A stretch of DNA of 64,000 nt from Eledone cirrhosa (lineage: Eukaryota): assembly GCA_964016885.1 (NCBI GenBank), contig OZ024752.1:8804001-8868000 (forward strand), given 5' to 3'. Below the pieces are notes generated by a model. The model searched no databases, was not told where the DNA came from, and saw only the letters and a list, made by a program, of their open reading frames with translations. How positions within the stretch are numbered: the first letter of the stretch is position 1; every line of letters begins with the position of its first letter. The position numbers and the translations under genes are program-made. Shown here piece by piece: positions 42,265-56,729 of this stretch.

Positions 42265-43222
42265 TATATATATATATATTACCGTCATTACTGATACAAG
42301 ATTACAAGATTATGTCAACTGTTGACTTTCAAGAGTTTGTATAGTTGAAGCCGATCGTATTACAGTCCAGTGTTACTATAATTGCTTTACAGCATAGAGT
42401 TATGGCTCTCCACGGAGTCAACAAAAGAGAGTACCAGTGATGCGCTGGGCCAGTCGCTGGATCCGTGCCAAAAGCAGAAAAATTATTAAAGTTGTTTTCT
42501 TAAGGCCAGGTCGCTGGTGATGGGGGCGGCGGTGGCGGTGGTGGTGGTGGCAGTTGATGTTGTTGTGTTGTGTGTGTGTGTGTGTGTGTTTTGTTATTTT
42601 GAGTTTTTTTTTTTTTTTTTCTTTTCTTTTTTTTTTCCCTTCCCCTTTTCATTTTTCTTTTCCCTTCCTTTTTTTATGTTTTGATGCCGCTGTTGTTGTT
42701 GTTGTAATTGTTGTAAATGTTCATTTCAGTTCATTCTGAAGCTGTTGTTGCTGTAAACATTAGTGCCGGTGTTGTTGTTGTTGTAGATGTTGGGGTTGAA
42801 ATCTGGTTGTTTGACTGAGTGATGTATGTACACACATATACACACACACACATATATATATACATTCAACAGAGAGTAGAAAGTTTGACAACAGGTCGAT
42901 GACTTTAGTTTAGATAGGGTATGGTATGGTAATGACATGTGATGGTGGGGAGTGAGTGTATACGTTATTGTGGCGGTGAGGACAGTAAGATGTATCTAGT
43001 TCATTTGACCGTTTTCTTCTCTTAGCAAAATTTGAATTTTACCCATGTTATATTGAGATGTAAGTAAATGTAAAATGTAAAATATATATAAATAAGGATT
43101 ACTCTGCTAAAATATACTAAAATATTTGTGTAACTTCCACAAACTTCTGTCGTGACATTCCCGAGTCCAGTGACCAAAAAATTGTTGTATTTTGATGTTT
43201 CAGAATACAAAAATTAATTAAA

Positions 43223-43303
<81 letters not shown>

Positions 43304-44943
43304 TGATCGAGTATCGAAAAATCGGCGTACGAGTTCACGATAAACAAAATTCGATATGAGCGGCAGAGTGCTCACTGATTTAGATAAATCAGAGCTATAA
43401 CTATCGTTAAAATACCGTCACACATAGAACAAGTCTATAATCAACCGCACGATCGAAAATATACGATTACGGAAGATTCGGGACACTCAGATAAAAAATA
43501 TCAATAATTCAATAAATTAAATGAATGTAAAAGGCATACCCGGACCCGCTAGGAAGATGTTAAATCTAGCTTCTTGGGTTTCTGTAAATCCTTAAACTGT
43601 TCTCTATCAGCTCACATATAAATATATAAGACTTCTAGAATTCAGCGGACAGGAAATTTACTTCTTCAACGAGCTTCGTCCAAACGGATAAAATGGCATA
43701 ACCCAGGCTAAATACGCACATGGAATTCGGCAAGGGAGATAACCTCTACATCCGCGAAAACTATTCGAGAAAATATGGAAATACACATATCGAATAAAAG
43801 TGCTCAATAGACATGTTAAAATAAACAGGAGCTATTCATCACTTAATAGAATCGACAAAAAATGAACAATAAAATTAACTGGTCAATAGCTATGTCTATA
43901 TATATATAATATAGTCACCACAATACAGATAACTATAATTAATAGTTGAATAAATTAGGTAAAGTATTCCTGGATATGATAAAGATAATCAGAGACATGC
44001 CTGTGGGTTAAACGCGTTCTCCCAGTATACGAGAGATGCGTGATTCGAACTCCTACAGAGGGTGTTCTGTTCACGTTTCTCTATTAACGTCATCTCATAG
44101 ACGTGAGCCTGAACCACATTGAAGTACGAGTCCTTGTTGAATGTTACTGGAGCAGGATTCCTCTCTGGGAATGTGTTTGCTATTCTCTAGCTCAAGTACA
44201 ATCGTGATTGAGCAGGACTTTGATCGAAGATCAGCAATGGTCATTTCAGTAAATATGGAGGCTATTTCCAGAGAATCTCACTCATTGGCTAAAGAGGTGA
44301 ATTGTTTATACGATGTGTTTGTGAATCCTGGTAACTTCGCCAAGTAATTCTGTTGAACCGCAGTAACTCTATTGTCGAGGAGTTCATTTACTTAGATCTG
44401 ACTTCACTTGACTTGATTTGACTCACATTCAAAAATATGTCAACTTATTCCTCTTTGGCTCTTCCTCTCGCTGTGTGTGTGTATATATATATATATTTAT
44501 ATATATATGTATGTATATATATATACTAGCATTTTCTACTACCATTTTAAAGGGCCCGTCGAGCTGCCGATTATAGAGTCGGGTAAGATCGATACAGATC
44601 GAACCTTGAGCTGATCAGTAGCGAAACGCGCGTCACCTACCAATAAATGTAATGAAGGAGTAACCAATCGTCCTTGTTATCCTTTCTATATATATATGTA
44701 TATATATATATATATATATATGAGCACACACAGATATACACTCACACATATACATATATATATAAACACGCGCGCGCACTCACACAAACACATATATATA
44801 TGTATATATATGTATGTGTATATATATATATATATGTTTATATTTATATGTATATATATTTGTATATATATGTATGTATGTATATATATATATATACATA
44901 CATATATATATATACATATATATATAATATATATATATATATA

Positions 44944-44999
<56 letters not shown>

Positions 45000-45057
45000 T
45001 CACATATATATATACAAATATATATATATTATTTGTATATATATTATATATATACAT

Positions 45058-45115
<58 letters not shown>

Positions 45116-45167
45116 GAACACACAAATATATGTACATATATACATGTTTCCTTTTCCACACCTATGG

Positions 45168-45213
<46 letters not shown>

Positions 45214-45464
45214 ATGGCCCTTTGATTGTTGTTAAGAAACGCCTCCTTCATCAAAGGGGACGGGTCTCACCTCAGTTGTTCCAGCTCCTATTCACCCCTC
45301 CCCCTTGCTCTCTTTTTTTTTTTTTAATTCTTGTTTATATTTTGTCTTCTCCCCTCTCCCCTTCTCCGATTTCACACACACACACATCCACACACACACA
45401 TACACACACACATATACACACACATGTGTGTATATGGGGTATGCGTGTATGTTATATATATATA

Positions 45465-45620
45465 TATAAATAATTACAACAGTGACATAAATGGGTACTC
45501 AAGTTTTGTTGGGTTCTGGGCCCCTATTCATTCAGCCCGTTATGACAGGCTGAATGAATTGGGGCCCAGAACCCAACGAAATTTGAGTACCCATTTATGT
45601 CACTGTTGTAATTATTTATA
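45465..45620. repeat. Palindrome with 73-bp arms and a 10-bp spacer
   Basis: 45465-45537 versus 45548-45620, with a few mismatches. Confidence 0.9.
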
Positions 45621-45684
45621 CTAAACTTGTCCTATGGAATCAGTGCTCTCGCCCTTAGATATTTGCACTTAACTTTTAGTACAG

Positions 45685-45764
<80 letters not shown>

Positions 45765-46101
45765 GTTTAATGATTCTGAGGGATTCTGTACAGAGGAATA
45801 AAATGGTAGTTCCTTCTGTATTTGAAAGAAACGTACGTAAATCTATTAAATAATTGTTTCTACGTTAGGCACAAGGCCAGCAATTAACCAGTGCATTACT
45901 GGTACTTTATTTTATCGACCCCCGTAAGGATGAAAGGCAAAGTTAACCTTGGCGGGATTTGAACTCGGAATGGCAAGGGCAGTAACTCTATACGTCAAAG
46001 CATGGCGTCCGACCCTCTACCAATACTGCCAATCCACCGCCCTCTGTTAAATAATGTAATTATACTCTGGTTATTTTATTCATTATACATATATATATAT
46101 A

Positions 46102-46672
46102 GACTAGCTAAACTACCCGTCCTTTGGACGGTTCATGTAGCTTTCGATGTAGCTCATTAAACTAAACAAAGTAAATTTGAATACATAGAAGAAAAACGTA
46201 CTTTATGTAAACATGAAAACCTTAGGCAGTATTAGGCAGTGATATTGTTATTAGCGATATTGTTACACTTAGGCAGCGATATTGTTATTATCTGTGTTTC
46301 AAGTAGAAGGTTATAGATTGCTGGTTGTGAAATATACGAAATGATATTATTATTATCTTTGTTTCAAGTAGACAGAGTAAATTAAAACCCGACTGGGGCT
46401 AATTACGAAAGATAGCTCTTGATTAGGTAACATAACTCTTGTGTTACTTAATCACGAAAATCCACATAAATAACCGAAACTTTTTTAATGTCTCCAAAGG
46501 CCCCAATATCGATTTTTGAAAGCCTTTATAGATCATGTACAGGTGTTGTGCAAGGAGAAGCTCTGTAAAAAATTTCAAAGAAATCGCATGAATGGTTTAG
46601 AATATATGAGCCCTCATTAAAAAAGCTCGACACACATATACACATACACACAGAAATTTCCATATTTATATA
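46102..46672 (+). mobile_element. Possible non-autonomous Helitron/Helentron-like (DINE-1-like) element
   Basis: Starts ACTAGC..CCGTCC-TTT-GGACGG (hairpin); ends with AAATTTCAAAGAAATCG, a CA-rich tract and an AT-rich terminus; inserted in (TA)n. Confidence 0.45.
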
Positions 46673-46677
46673 TATAC

Positions 46678-46752
<75 letters not shown>

Positions 46753-46851
46753 AGAAAAAAAGAGAATCAGTGTTGCGACGAATGGAATTTATTGGACATA
46801 TTACAATCGTTTCTCTGGCTCCATAGGAAAATCTGCTTCATAGAATCAAGA

Positions 46852-46943
46852 CGTATCTGAGGACCTTGCGATTTTCAGAGTCAGGTTCGATCATCACATC
46901 GATCGTGCCTCGAGCTGGTCGCCAGAGAAACGATTGTAATATG
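46852..46943 (+). ncRNA. Hammerhead ribozyme with a long stem II, within inverted repeat 46746-46993
   Basis: CGTAT-CTGAGGA-ccttgcga...tcgccaga-GAAA-CgattG-TA-ATATG. Confidence 0.62.
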
Positions 46944-47186
46944 CCAATAAATTCCATTCGTCGCAACACTGATTCTCTTTTAATCTGTGATATCATACTC
47001 TGCTCTATGAGACCATCGAGGGCTCATACGGTCTACCGCATACGGACCTTTAAGCACCCAACACCAATATATATATATATATATATATAGGGAAACGTTC
47101 AGGTCCCCGACGGCAGAGCTCAAGCCGTTTCGACGGTTATTTCTGGTGCATTATGGTCAACCTGGTTCCTTACCTCACTTCCTTCG

Positions 47187-47278
<92 letters not shown>

Positions 47279-47340
47279 CAAAGGTTACGATTTGAACACA
47301 CATATGTATATGTCTGTGTTCGTTTTTCTTTTTTGTTCAG

Positions 47341-47423
<83 letters not shown>

Positions 47424-47627
47424 ATTACATAATAAACAACACAAGGGTCGGACGCCATGGTCTGAGTTCAAATCCCGCAGAGGTTACCTTTGCCTTTCAT
47501 CCTTACGGGGTCGATAAAATATAGTACCAGTCACGCACTGGGGTCGATTTAATCGACTTTCCCCTCCCCCCCAAATTGCTGGCCTTGTGCCTATATAAGA
47601 AACCATTATTATATATATATATATATT

Positions 47628-47672
<45 letters not shown>

Positions 47673-47834
47673 ATTATATTGTTATACTTTGGGAGGGTCA
47701 TGTTGCCAATAAGAAACACACGCACCAGTTGCTTTCACTTCAATTTAATTTATTATATATTTATAAATTTACAAATTTATAAATTTCTGGTTGGTTGGTT
47801 GGTTCCACAACCAGATAGTTGTTTATATATATAT

Positions 47835-47879
47835 AGTCATAGTTCTTTCGTCACACACTCTGTGACCTCTTCAGTGACT
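47835..47879 (-). ncRNA. Compact 45-nt minimal hammerhead at the spacer edge of palindrome 47676-48101
   Basis: Reverse complement: AGTCA-CTGAAGA-g-GTCACA-gagtg-TGTGAC-GAAA-GaaC-TA-TGACT; stems I and II are perfect. Confidence 0.8.
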
Positions 47880-48234
47880 GGGGATTTCTTTCTTCGTTTC
47901 TGTGCCTTTCCTTTCTTCTATCCTACGCCATTTTCTATGACTATATATATATAAACAACTATCTGGTTGTGGAACCAACCAACCAACCAGAAATTTATAA
48001 ATTTGTAAATTTATAAATATATAATAAATTAAATTGAAGTGAAAGCAACTGGTGCGTGTGTTTCTTATTGGCAACATGACCCTCCCAAAGTATAACAATA
48101 TCGGTTTCAACACACGATTTCAGATAAAGAATCTTGCTAAACAAATTCAGAAACGAAATTATTATTATATATATATATATATATAATAATAATAATTATT
48201 ATTATATATATATATATATAATAATAATAATTAT

Positions 48235-48322
<88 letters not shown>

Positions 48323-49281
48323 TGTATATATATAGTCAGAGTTTAGCCTCGACATAGCTGTACACATACATGTATATGCCACACATCTAAAGATATACGG
48401 TATGTTTAATATATAAGCTGGGTGTGTAATCTTGATAGCTCTGTAGTTATTTGTTTCTCCTGATCTGTATTTGATATCTTACTTAATAAATAGTTATTGT
48501 AATTGGAGTTCAGTAGAGAGCACGAAGCCAGGTTGTAGAGCTGATCAAATTCACCGAAACTACGATATATATATATATATATATAAATGAGAGGTATAGA
48601 GATTGTTTTAGCAAGAAGCTAACGGCATTCTATAACATATATGCGACTATAACGTCAAGATGGGAAAAGTAGTTAACGAAAGATTTAGGAAAAATAACTC
48701 AAACTCATCTCAAAAGAGAATCAGGATATAAATTCATCCACAGAATTTAGTAAAATCCAGGGAAAAATCTATAGACCTTTAACTCATGATAAAATAAAGT
48801 TTGAAACACTTATCCTTCAATTTGGAATAACATCAAATGCTCTGTATAGTCTTAAAAGACTATTTCATGAAAACTTTCAGTGGAGATATATGATAATAAT
48901 GGAGCTGTGGCGTTGCAAATGGGTTACATATGAAAAAGTAAGTCCTTCGTCAGTGGCCTTCCAACCGTCCTAGGCATTTCATCACTTTAAAGGCCATATG
49001 CCTCAGGTTGGTGCGAACAACGGCTAAAAAAAGTCGTTGGGACACGTAAATAAAGGGGACGCTGGGGTGAACAAACAAAATGGTTTAAGCAACAGAAAGT
49101 GAGAAGAAAGAGACAAGTCCCAGATTTCTATGAATATAAACTCGGTGAAATCGTGAACGAGAGACGAAAGACCATCAAACCTGGTTGAAATGTGAGCAAG
49201 GAAGGAGATTCGCACAGGTCTAACGGGAGGAAGAAGGGGTCTGGTCTGCGAATTCGGTAAACATAAGTTCTGTGAAGTCGC

Positions 49282-49357
<76 letters not shown>

Positions 49358-49710
49358 AAATTCATACCGGCTTGGCCAAGGGCGCGCGAGAAAAGAAATC
49401 GGACAGGTCAAACGGGAAGAAAGAGGAGGAGGAGGAGAGGTGGTGACAGAGAATGAGTGAGTGAAAGTTGAGGAAGAGGCTAACAGAGAGAGAGAGAGAC
49501 TGCTAGAAAGGGTAAAGATACAAAGAACGAAACAGACGGGTGGCAGCAGAGGAAAAAATGTATGTGTAAATATGATAATAATGGAGCTGCGGCGTTGCAA
49601 ATGGGTTACATATGAAAAAGTAAGTCCTTTGTCAGTGGCCTTCCAACCGTCCTAGGCATTTCATCACTTTATATATATAATAATAATAATATATATATAT
49701 ATATAATAAT

Positions 49711-49749
<39 letters not shown>

Positions 49750-50072
49750 ATAATGGTTTCTTATATAGGCACAAAGCCAGCAATTTTGCGGGAGGGGAAA
49801 GTCGATTAAATCGACCCCAGTGCGTGACTGGTACTATATTTTATCGACCCCGTAAGGATGAAAGGCAAAGTTAACCTCTGCGGGATTTGAACTCAGACCA
49901 TAAAGGGCCGTAACTCTTTGCTGCAAACCATGGCGTCCGACCCTTGTGTTGTTTATTATGTAATTAAATATATATATATATTGTCCCCCACCAACACCCC
50001 ACTCTCCAGAGCGTGAAATTAATAAACATTCGTTGTACTGCCTCTCTGTTTTGTCCCTGTTCAAATTTTTCC

Positions 50073-50122
<50 letters not shown>

Positions 50123-50399
50123 TATAATTTCAGCGAGATCGTATTTCGGCGGGGGCCAAAAACAAAACGAAACGCAATCTTCGAGATATGTGGCAAGCGC
50201 TCAATGGACCAAAAGAAGACCAGAATATATATATATAACAAAGAGAGTGTGGTAAGATACCAGGTGGGCCATAACGTACCAGAGTACTCGATACTTTGGG
50301 TAGTAGAGCGGGTAATAGGAAAACAATCAGGACCCCGACGGCTGAGCTCCGGCCGTTTCGATGAAACGGCCGGAGCTCAGTCGTCGGGGTCGTGCCTCT

Positions 50400-50438
<39 letters not shown>

Positions 50439-50656
50439 TTTGTTTTTATTGATTTATTATTTTAAATCGAGACAGGATAACTGTATTAATTTAATTAGTA
50501 TTTTTCAATCTAGCTAACTTGGTCATTTGCAATGCAAACATATGTATACTTGTATCAGTGTTTATCCCTATCAGATATTCATTTGTATTACACGGCTCAG
50601 AAATATCTCTTTCTTTGAGCTATTTAATTGTAAAAGACTGTTTGAGTTTATAACTC

Positions 50657-50738
<82 letters not shown>

Positions 50739-51049
50739 TAGGACAGCTGATCTATTTCACTGAAACTAGGATATGAAATATGAAATAAAGTTGAAATGAC
50801 AGCGTCTCATGTATTAGTCTTTACAATTGACATTATTGTTATTGATATATCAATGTTTTATTATTGTCTTGACAGTCTCACTATTCTATTTACTAGTATG
50901 TTTCTATAGGTAGAGATGGGAGAATTGGTGGAGTCGCTAGTTAAGGACGTCCGATAGAATGTTCTGCGGTTTTCGTTCCAGTTGTCTGCGTTCCACGTAC
51001 AAATCCTGCTGAGGTCAACTCTGTCTTTTATCATTTCGCGGTCAATAAA

Positions 51050-51880
51050 AAAACAAAAAAAAAACACTACAAATATTTGAAAACGGAAAGGCAAGGGCTC
51101 TAGGGCCATAGAAGAATGGGAGAGGGAAGGGGTGATGGGTTCTGGGCTTAAGACTCGGCGGTGTTAGGGTTTGTCCTGCTGACAAGACCGCAAAAATATT
51201 TTCGCGGACAATAGCCAGTGACACCCATTGCAGCAGCCACCCCACCTCACGGGACTCCTTCCTAAGATGGGCTGCTGATGTTCTAATCTTGCAGCAGACC
51301 TGGGCAGTACGAGGTCTCGACAGTGACCAGTGCGAAGAAGAAGCAGCTGGACAATCCCCGGTATTTGTTTGTCTTCCTTTCCTTTGCATTGCAGGCCACA
51401 GTACCAGAGTTTGTGGCCGAAGGGACTAAGTTGAAGGCGGGGAACGTAGCACAGCAGGTTGCGTCCCAGATGAGGGATCTACCTCGTTCGAATAGGAAGA
51501 GAGTAATTCTGTCGGACGCTTGCCATCTCCACGGTCGAGGCCTGCTGGCTCCAGTTGTGATGGGAAGCCAACTGCATCGAGGCTGCTTCTTAAAGCGCCG
51601 TTGAGAGCGGCAAGTCAGGGGAACCAGCCTGCGTTCTGGCAGCAAGATAGTGAGTGCAGGCCGAACTTGTCTATGACTGCCCCGCAATGGCATTTATGTG
51701 GCTCCCACACACGGAGGCCGAGGCTTTGGGGCACTCCGATGGACTGCACTCGTCATCTAGACGGGTTCCGGTTGATAAGGAGGCCACCGGATTGAACCAC
51801 TCACCGCTGTTTTGCTGTGAAGCGGAGCGGAGGTAGGTGAGGCGGTGTTGGTTCAAAGTGCTGGATCAGCAGTGGGATGA
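51050..51880 (-). mobile_element. CRE-like RLE retrotransposon, degenerate 3' part. Short 3' ends also at about 24795-24990 (+), 30280-30540 (+), 54530-54650 (+), 57990-58275 (-)
   Basis: Across frameshifts: EPHKCHCG..DKFGLHSLSC (CCHC), LEPAGLDRGDGKR.D.ITLF.FERGRSLIWDATC, KTNKY, VETS and terminal VSLAIVRENIFAVLSAG / FQRISLTTLRGNAFSVLSAG. Confidence 0.8.
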
Positions 51881-52159
51881 ATTCTTATTCTTCTCTCCCA
51901 CCCCTCTCTCTCCCTCCTCTCTCTCTCTCTCCTTCTCTGGAAGAAATCGTCTGTTGATCTGTGGCTGTCATTGCATGTGTGGATCTGTATGATTTCCGTT
52001 ATACAGTATATATGTAAATGCCATTTCGTCGTCTATCCTGTATGTAAGTATGTATGTATGTATGTGTGTATGTATGTAGGTTGACTATGTAAGTATGTAT
52101 GTATGTGTGTGTGTATATGTGTGTGTGAGTATGTGTGTGTGTGTGTGTATATATGTATG

Positions 52160-52196
<37 letters not shown>

Positions 52197-52332
52197 CATT
52201 TTTTTTTTATTTTTATTTTCTTTTTATTTATTTATTATTATTTTTTTCTTTTTCTTTCTCCTCGTGCAATGGCCATACTCGATAACGAGGGGGCAGCCAT
52301 CATGCATGTATGTATGTATGTATGTATGTATG

Positions 52333-52363
<31 letters not shown>

Positions 52364-52844
52364 GAGTCAATGGCAATTAAAAATCACCGGGAGAGATGAC
52401 CCCTTAGCCTTTGTCAAGGCAGAATTCTAGGAGAAGGAAAACTCTGATATAACACCTGCAACCCTGATGGTATCCAATGATGTTGACTTGTTCTTCTTTT
52501 TGGTAAATATCATCTTGGTTAAGAGAGTGGGACTGGCTTTGTGCAGTGCCTTTGCTCACTATAAAAGCTTCACGGCACAGGCATTGCTTTATATCTGGAG
52601 ATCCCTCTGCACTTGTCGTCACATGGTACCATGGGCCCAGCACTATGTGTCAATAATTGTCCTACCATGGGCCCAGCGCTATGTGTCAATAATTGTCACA
52701 GGTGTAGTGTTTGTACCAGCGTTTTCAAGTCGCTGGCTGGACTAAAAAGTCACACTCGTTCAGCGCATCGGTAGGGGTTCTCCTACATGGATATAAAGTA
52801 GTGGCCGTACTCGAAAACGAGTTGGCAGCCACCATGTATGTATG

Positions 52845-52888
<44 letters not shown>

Positions 52889-54744
52889 CATACATACATA
52901 CATACATACATACATACATACATACATACATACATACATACATACATACATACATACATACATACATGTATGTATGCATACATACATACATACATACATG
53001 TATGTATATATTCATATATATATATGTAGTCATTAGTTGTTTACCTTCATATATTTTCTCCTTTGAAATGTTTTACATATTTAAGGTGCTTTGTAAATCA
53101 ATGTCAGAAATCATAATTAATATTCTGTCATATTTAAGAGAAAAGAGACGAAATAGTAAGTCAGAAAATAGTTCTCAGTCCTTACTAGTGGAGGTATGTG
53201 GTTAGTGGTAAGGGTGTTGGAGTTAGGATCACAACATCGTGGGTTCGATTCCTGGGCTAGGTTGCGTGTTGTGCCCTTGAGCAAAACATTTCATTTCATC
53301 AATATACTCCGTATATTCAGTGAAGGCGTGTGGCTGAGTGGCTAGAGAACTGAATTCGCAATCGTGAGGTTGTAAGTTCGATTCCTGGACCGGTCGTTAT
53401 GTCCTTGAACAAGACACTTTATTTCACGTTGCTTCTTCTACCTGGAGTTACGGCCGATAGATAGTGATAGCAATTGGAAAGACCAATGGAAACATTGTTT
53501 CCTCGGTCCGATTTGACGAAAGTCGATCGACAAATTTTTTTTTTTTTACTTATTCAGCTGAAAATGAGTACCGGTAATAGACGGTGTTTAACCCTGCGGT
53601 GGACTGGCGTCCTGTCCAGGGGTAGGTTTTGTGCTCTCAGTCGTTACACGCTACGGAAACTGGGATGACCTCTTTTATTTCCAGTGCACCAAACAATGAT
53701 TGGGAAACATTGCTCGTGTCAGGGTTTCTGGTGGACGTTGAGCAACTGAACAGAAAATGGCGGGGATTGGAAATTTTAGTGGACGATATAAGATATGAGT
53801 ATTAAGAAGATATTTCAACATATCTTGGGCGGGTAAAATTCCCGAGACTGTTGTGTCTCAGAGACGGCCCGTCCATCATCCACTAGTCCTTCCTGTAGCT
53901 CTAAACCAGCAGAGTCATAACGACCAGACAGCTCCTTAACGGTGTAGTTAGGGGCTCTAACACTAGTGCTGTTAAATATATTCTCCATGGTTCTTTTCAA
54001 TGGCTGATAATACCTTACCAACGTCACTCGAGTAAGGTAATTATTTAACCCACATGCTACCGAAAAAAATATTCAAAGGAGACATGCAAAGAACTTGTAT
54101 AAAAACAAATTAAAACGAAAGAAAACAAAACAGGAGGTTAAATGGGAATAAAGAACCAGTAAAAAACTTTTACCAAACATTGTTCGTATTCTTTTGAATA
54201 TTTACTATACAGGAGAACAGTGGAAGGTGTTTCCATGTGGAAGTGGGCGATGACGCCAAAAAAGGTTGGCAAACCTGTTCTATATGCTCGCCCGATCTGC
54301 CAGAAATTAATAGCTAAATATCTACACATATTGAATAATATATCCCTGGAGACATTACACCTAAAATAAGAAAAAATAAGAGAGAAAGTAATAGAGTAAA
54401 TCTTTAAAAACATTGTTTCCTTGGTCCAATCTGACGAGTTTTACCCCAACTCAGTAAGCGAATGACGTCTGGGATTTTGTCGATTCAGATCATATATAAT
54501 TCAACTGAGTTTCTGTTTCCAGATTGTAACAGCTACAATTTCTTCCAGCGCATCTCCCTTACCACCCTCCGGGGAAACGCCTTCTCCGTTCTGTCCGCCG
54601 GGGCCGTGGAGCAGCCAGCACGTGTGACCCCATTTGCTCATAATACAGAGAGATAGGGAGGGCGAGAGAGATAGAGGCGATGACAGTAGGAGTTCAGCTC
54701 TTCTGTGTTCGGACATATTTAGCAATTCTATGTTGAGTAGTAAT

Positions 54745-54806
<62 letters not shown>

Positions 54807-55599
54807 ACTGTGTGAATTTCGTATAACTACAATTGCATATATACAAGCTGATTATATCAATTCTGCTTCGTTGAGAATTTAGAATTTATCTCTCGTATAT
54901 CAACATTTATCTTGGAATACTACCGACAGTCGATCGACTTTCGTCAAATCGGACCGAGGAAACATTGTTTCCATTGGTCTTTCCAATTGCTAATACTATC
55001 TATCGGTCGCAACTCCAGGTAGAAGGAGCAACGTGAAATAAAATGTCTTGCTCAAGGACATAACGCATCGCCGGTCCGGGAATTGAACTTACAACCTCAC
55101 AATTGCGAATCCAATTCTCTAACCAGTCAGCCACACGCCTCCACATGTTCTTGGAATACTATGAACATCTCAATTTTCTATAAGGTCTATCATTATAGAT
55201 AACAATACCCTATTGATGTAATTCTAACGGTGTAACACCCGAACAAATCCTGTACGTGTGTGACGCTAAAGACTACTTTTGCTCACCTTCAATCTCATGG
55301 ATATGTAAACTGTTGAAAATAATAACCCCTCATAATGTTTACTATGAACAACAAGCTTCATAACTACATAAACAATTATTGTGCCCCTGAGATCATTGGG
55401 GCAGGATTCGATGTCACAGCCCTTCATTTTTATTCCTTTAAAGCTATCAAATGTCATTCCTTTATCTTTATGTCAGTAAAAAGTATATCATTTTGCTACT
55501 TAATTCGAATAAATGAGATAATCATGTGAGATTAATGTCTTTTTTATTACTTTACTGAAGAGGGCTCACCACAGAGAATTATCAACAAACTGAACATAG

Positions 55600-56725
55600 C
55601 CCTGGTTAACTTTTTCAGGTTGAAGAGGGAAATCAGGATGGAGAGGGAAGTGCTGCCTTCCAACCAGTTTGTTGAAAGGCGGGGGAGAGTGGCGAGCATT
55701 GTTCGTGTGAATGGGTTTGCCTTGAGAATACGCCTGTAGATTGGAGTAGAAAGACTGGGAGAGGGTACTTTACCCTAGTAGACAGGGTGACCGTGGCTTT
55801 TGTGGGATTTTTCCACGGGTGACCCTTAGAGTCTTTTCACACATTTGGAGAATTTATGTTTGTTTTTTAAAAAGTTTAATGTCTGTTATAAATGTTATTC
55901 TACTAAAAAAAACCCACATTGCATCGTCCTGTATCGTCTTTAAAGTTTTCCTTAAAGTGAGCCCTCGTCAACTTTTCCAAGTTCCACTTGGAAAGGAAGA
56001 TAAGGGTCGAGAGAGAAATGCTGCTCCACCCCCAAACATTTTTTAAAAGGTGGGTGATTGTTATGAGAATAGCCCCTGTCAATGGGCCCACTCTGAGCAT
56101 GCGCCTGTAGGCTGGAAAGATGGAGGGGGAGAATAACACCCTCCTAGGCAGCTCTTGGAGATGAGGCCGAGTTGGGATTTGTTGCGTCCCTAACGTCACC
56201 TCTCGGTGGTACCTGCACCTCCCCCCCCCTATTGGGGAATTATGTTGTTGATATTTTTATTTTGTTTGTTTTGTTATTTTTTTTTTTACTCGATTGCATA
56301 GAACTTGTCCCCCACTGTCCCCGATTTTGTATTGTCCTCTATATTCGGCCCTTGTGGCCAATAATAAAGAAATCATTATTATTATATTGGCAGTATCGGT
56401 AGAGCATCAGACGTCATGCTTTGCAGCAAAGAGTTATGGCCCTTTACGTTCTGAGTTCAAATCCCGCCGAGGTTAACTTTGCCTTTCATCTTTACGGGGT
56501 CGATAAAATAAAGTAACCGTGGCTTTTTTGTGGGCTTTCTCCACGAGTGACCCTCGGAAGTCTTCCCCCTATTGGGGAATTTTTCCTTGTTTCTTTTTTT
56601 GTTACATCCTCTGTTTTTTGTTTTTTTACACGGAGAAATGCCCATTTGTATTGTCCTGTGTTGTCCTTAATGTCTATTTTATGTCAACCCTTGTGGTTAA
56701 TAAAGAAAGCATTATTATTATTATT
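55600..56725 (+). mobile_element. Cluster of three Tx1-like LINE 3' ends and one SINE
   Basis: KRE.RMEREVLPSNQFVER..RVNG at about 55620, RWVIVMRIAPVNGPTLSMRL at about 56050, and UTR copies containing CCCCCTATTGGGGAAT. Confidence 0.8.
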
Positions 56726-56729
56726 GCAG

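Noticed and set aside
43300-44460. Possible Penelope coding remnant
   Set aside because: No RT or GIY-YIG motif could be read in any frame by eye.
44550-44641. GAAACGCGCGTC, a Penelope-type hammerhead 3' half
   Set aside because: The 5' core reads CCGTCGA instead of CTGANGA and stem I does not close; relic only.
53685-54035. Unique-looking stretch with an acceptor (ttccag) and donor (gtaag/gtaatt), considered as an ADMP or Pinhead exon
   Set aside because: All frames are interrupted, there are no TGF-beta or cystine-knot motifs, and the flanking ADMP exons already join without it.
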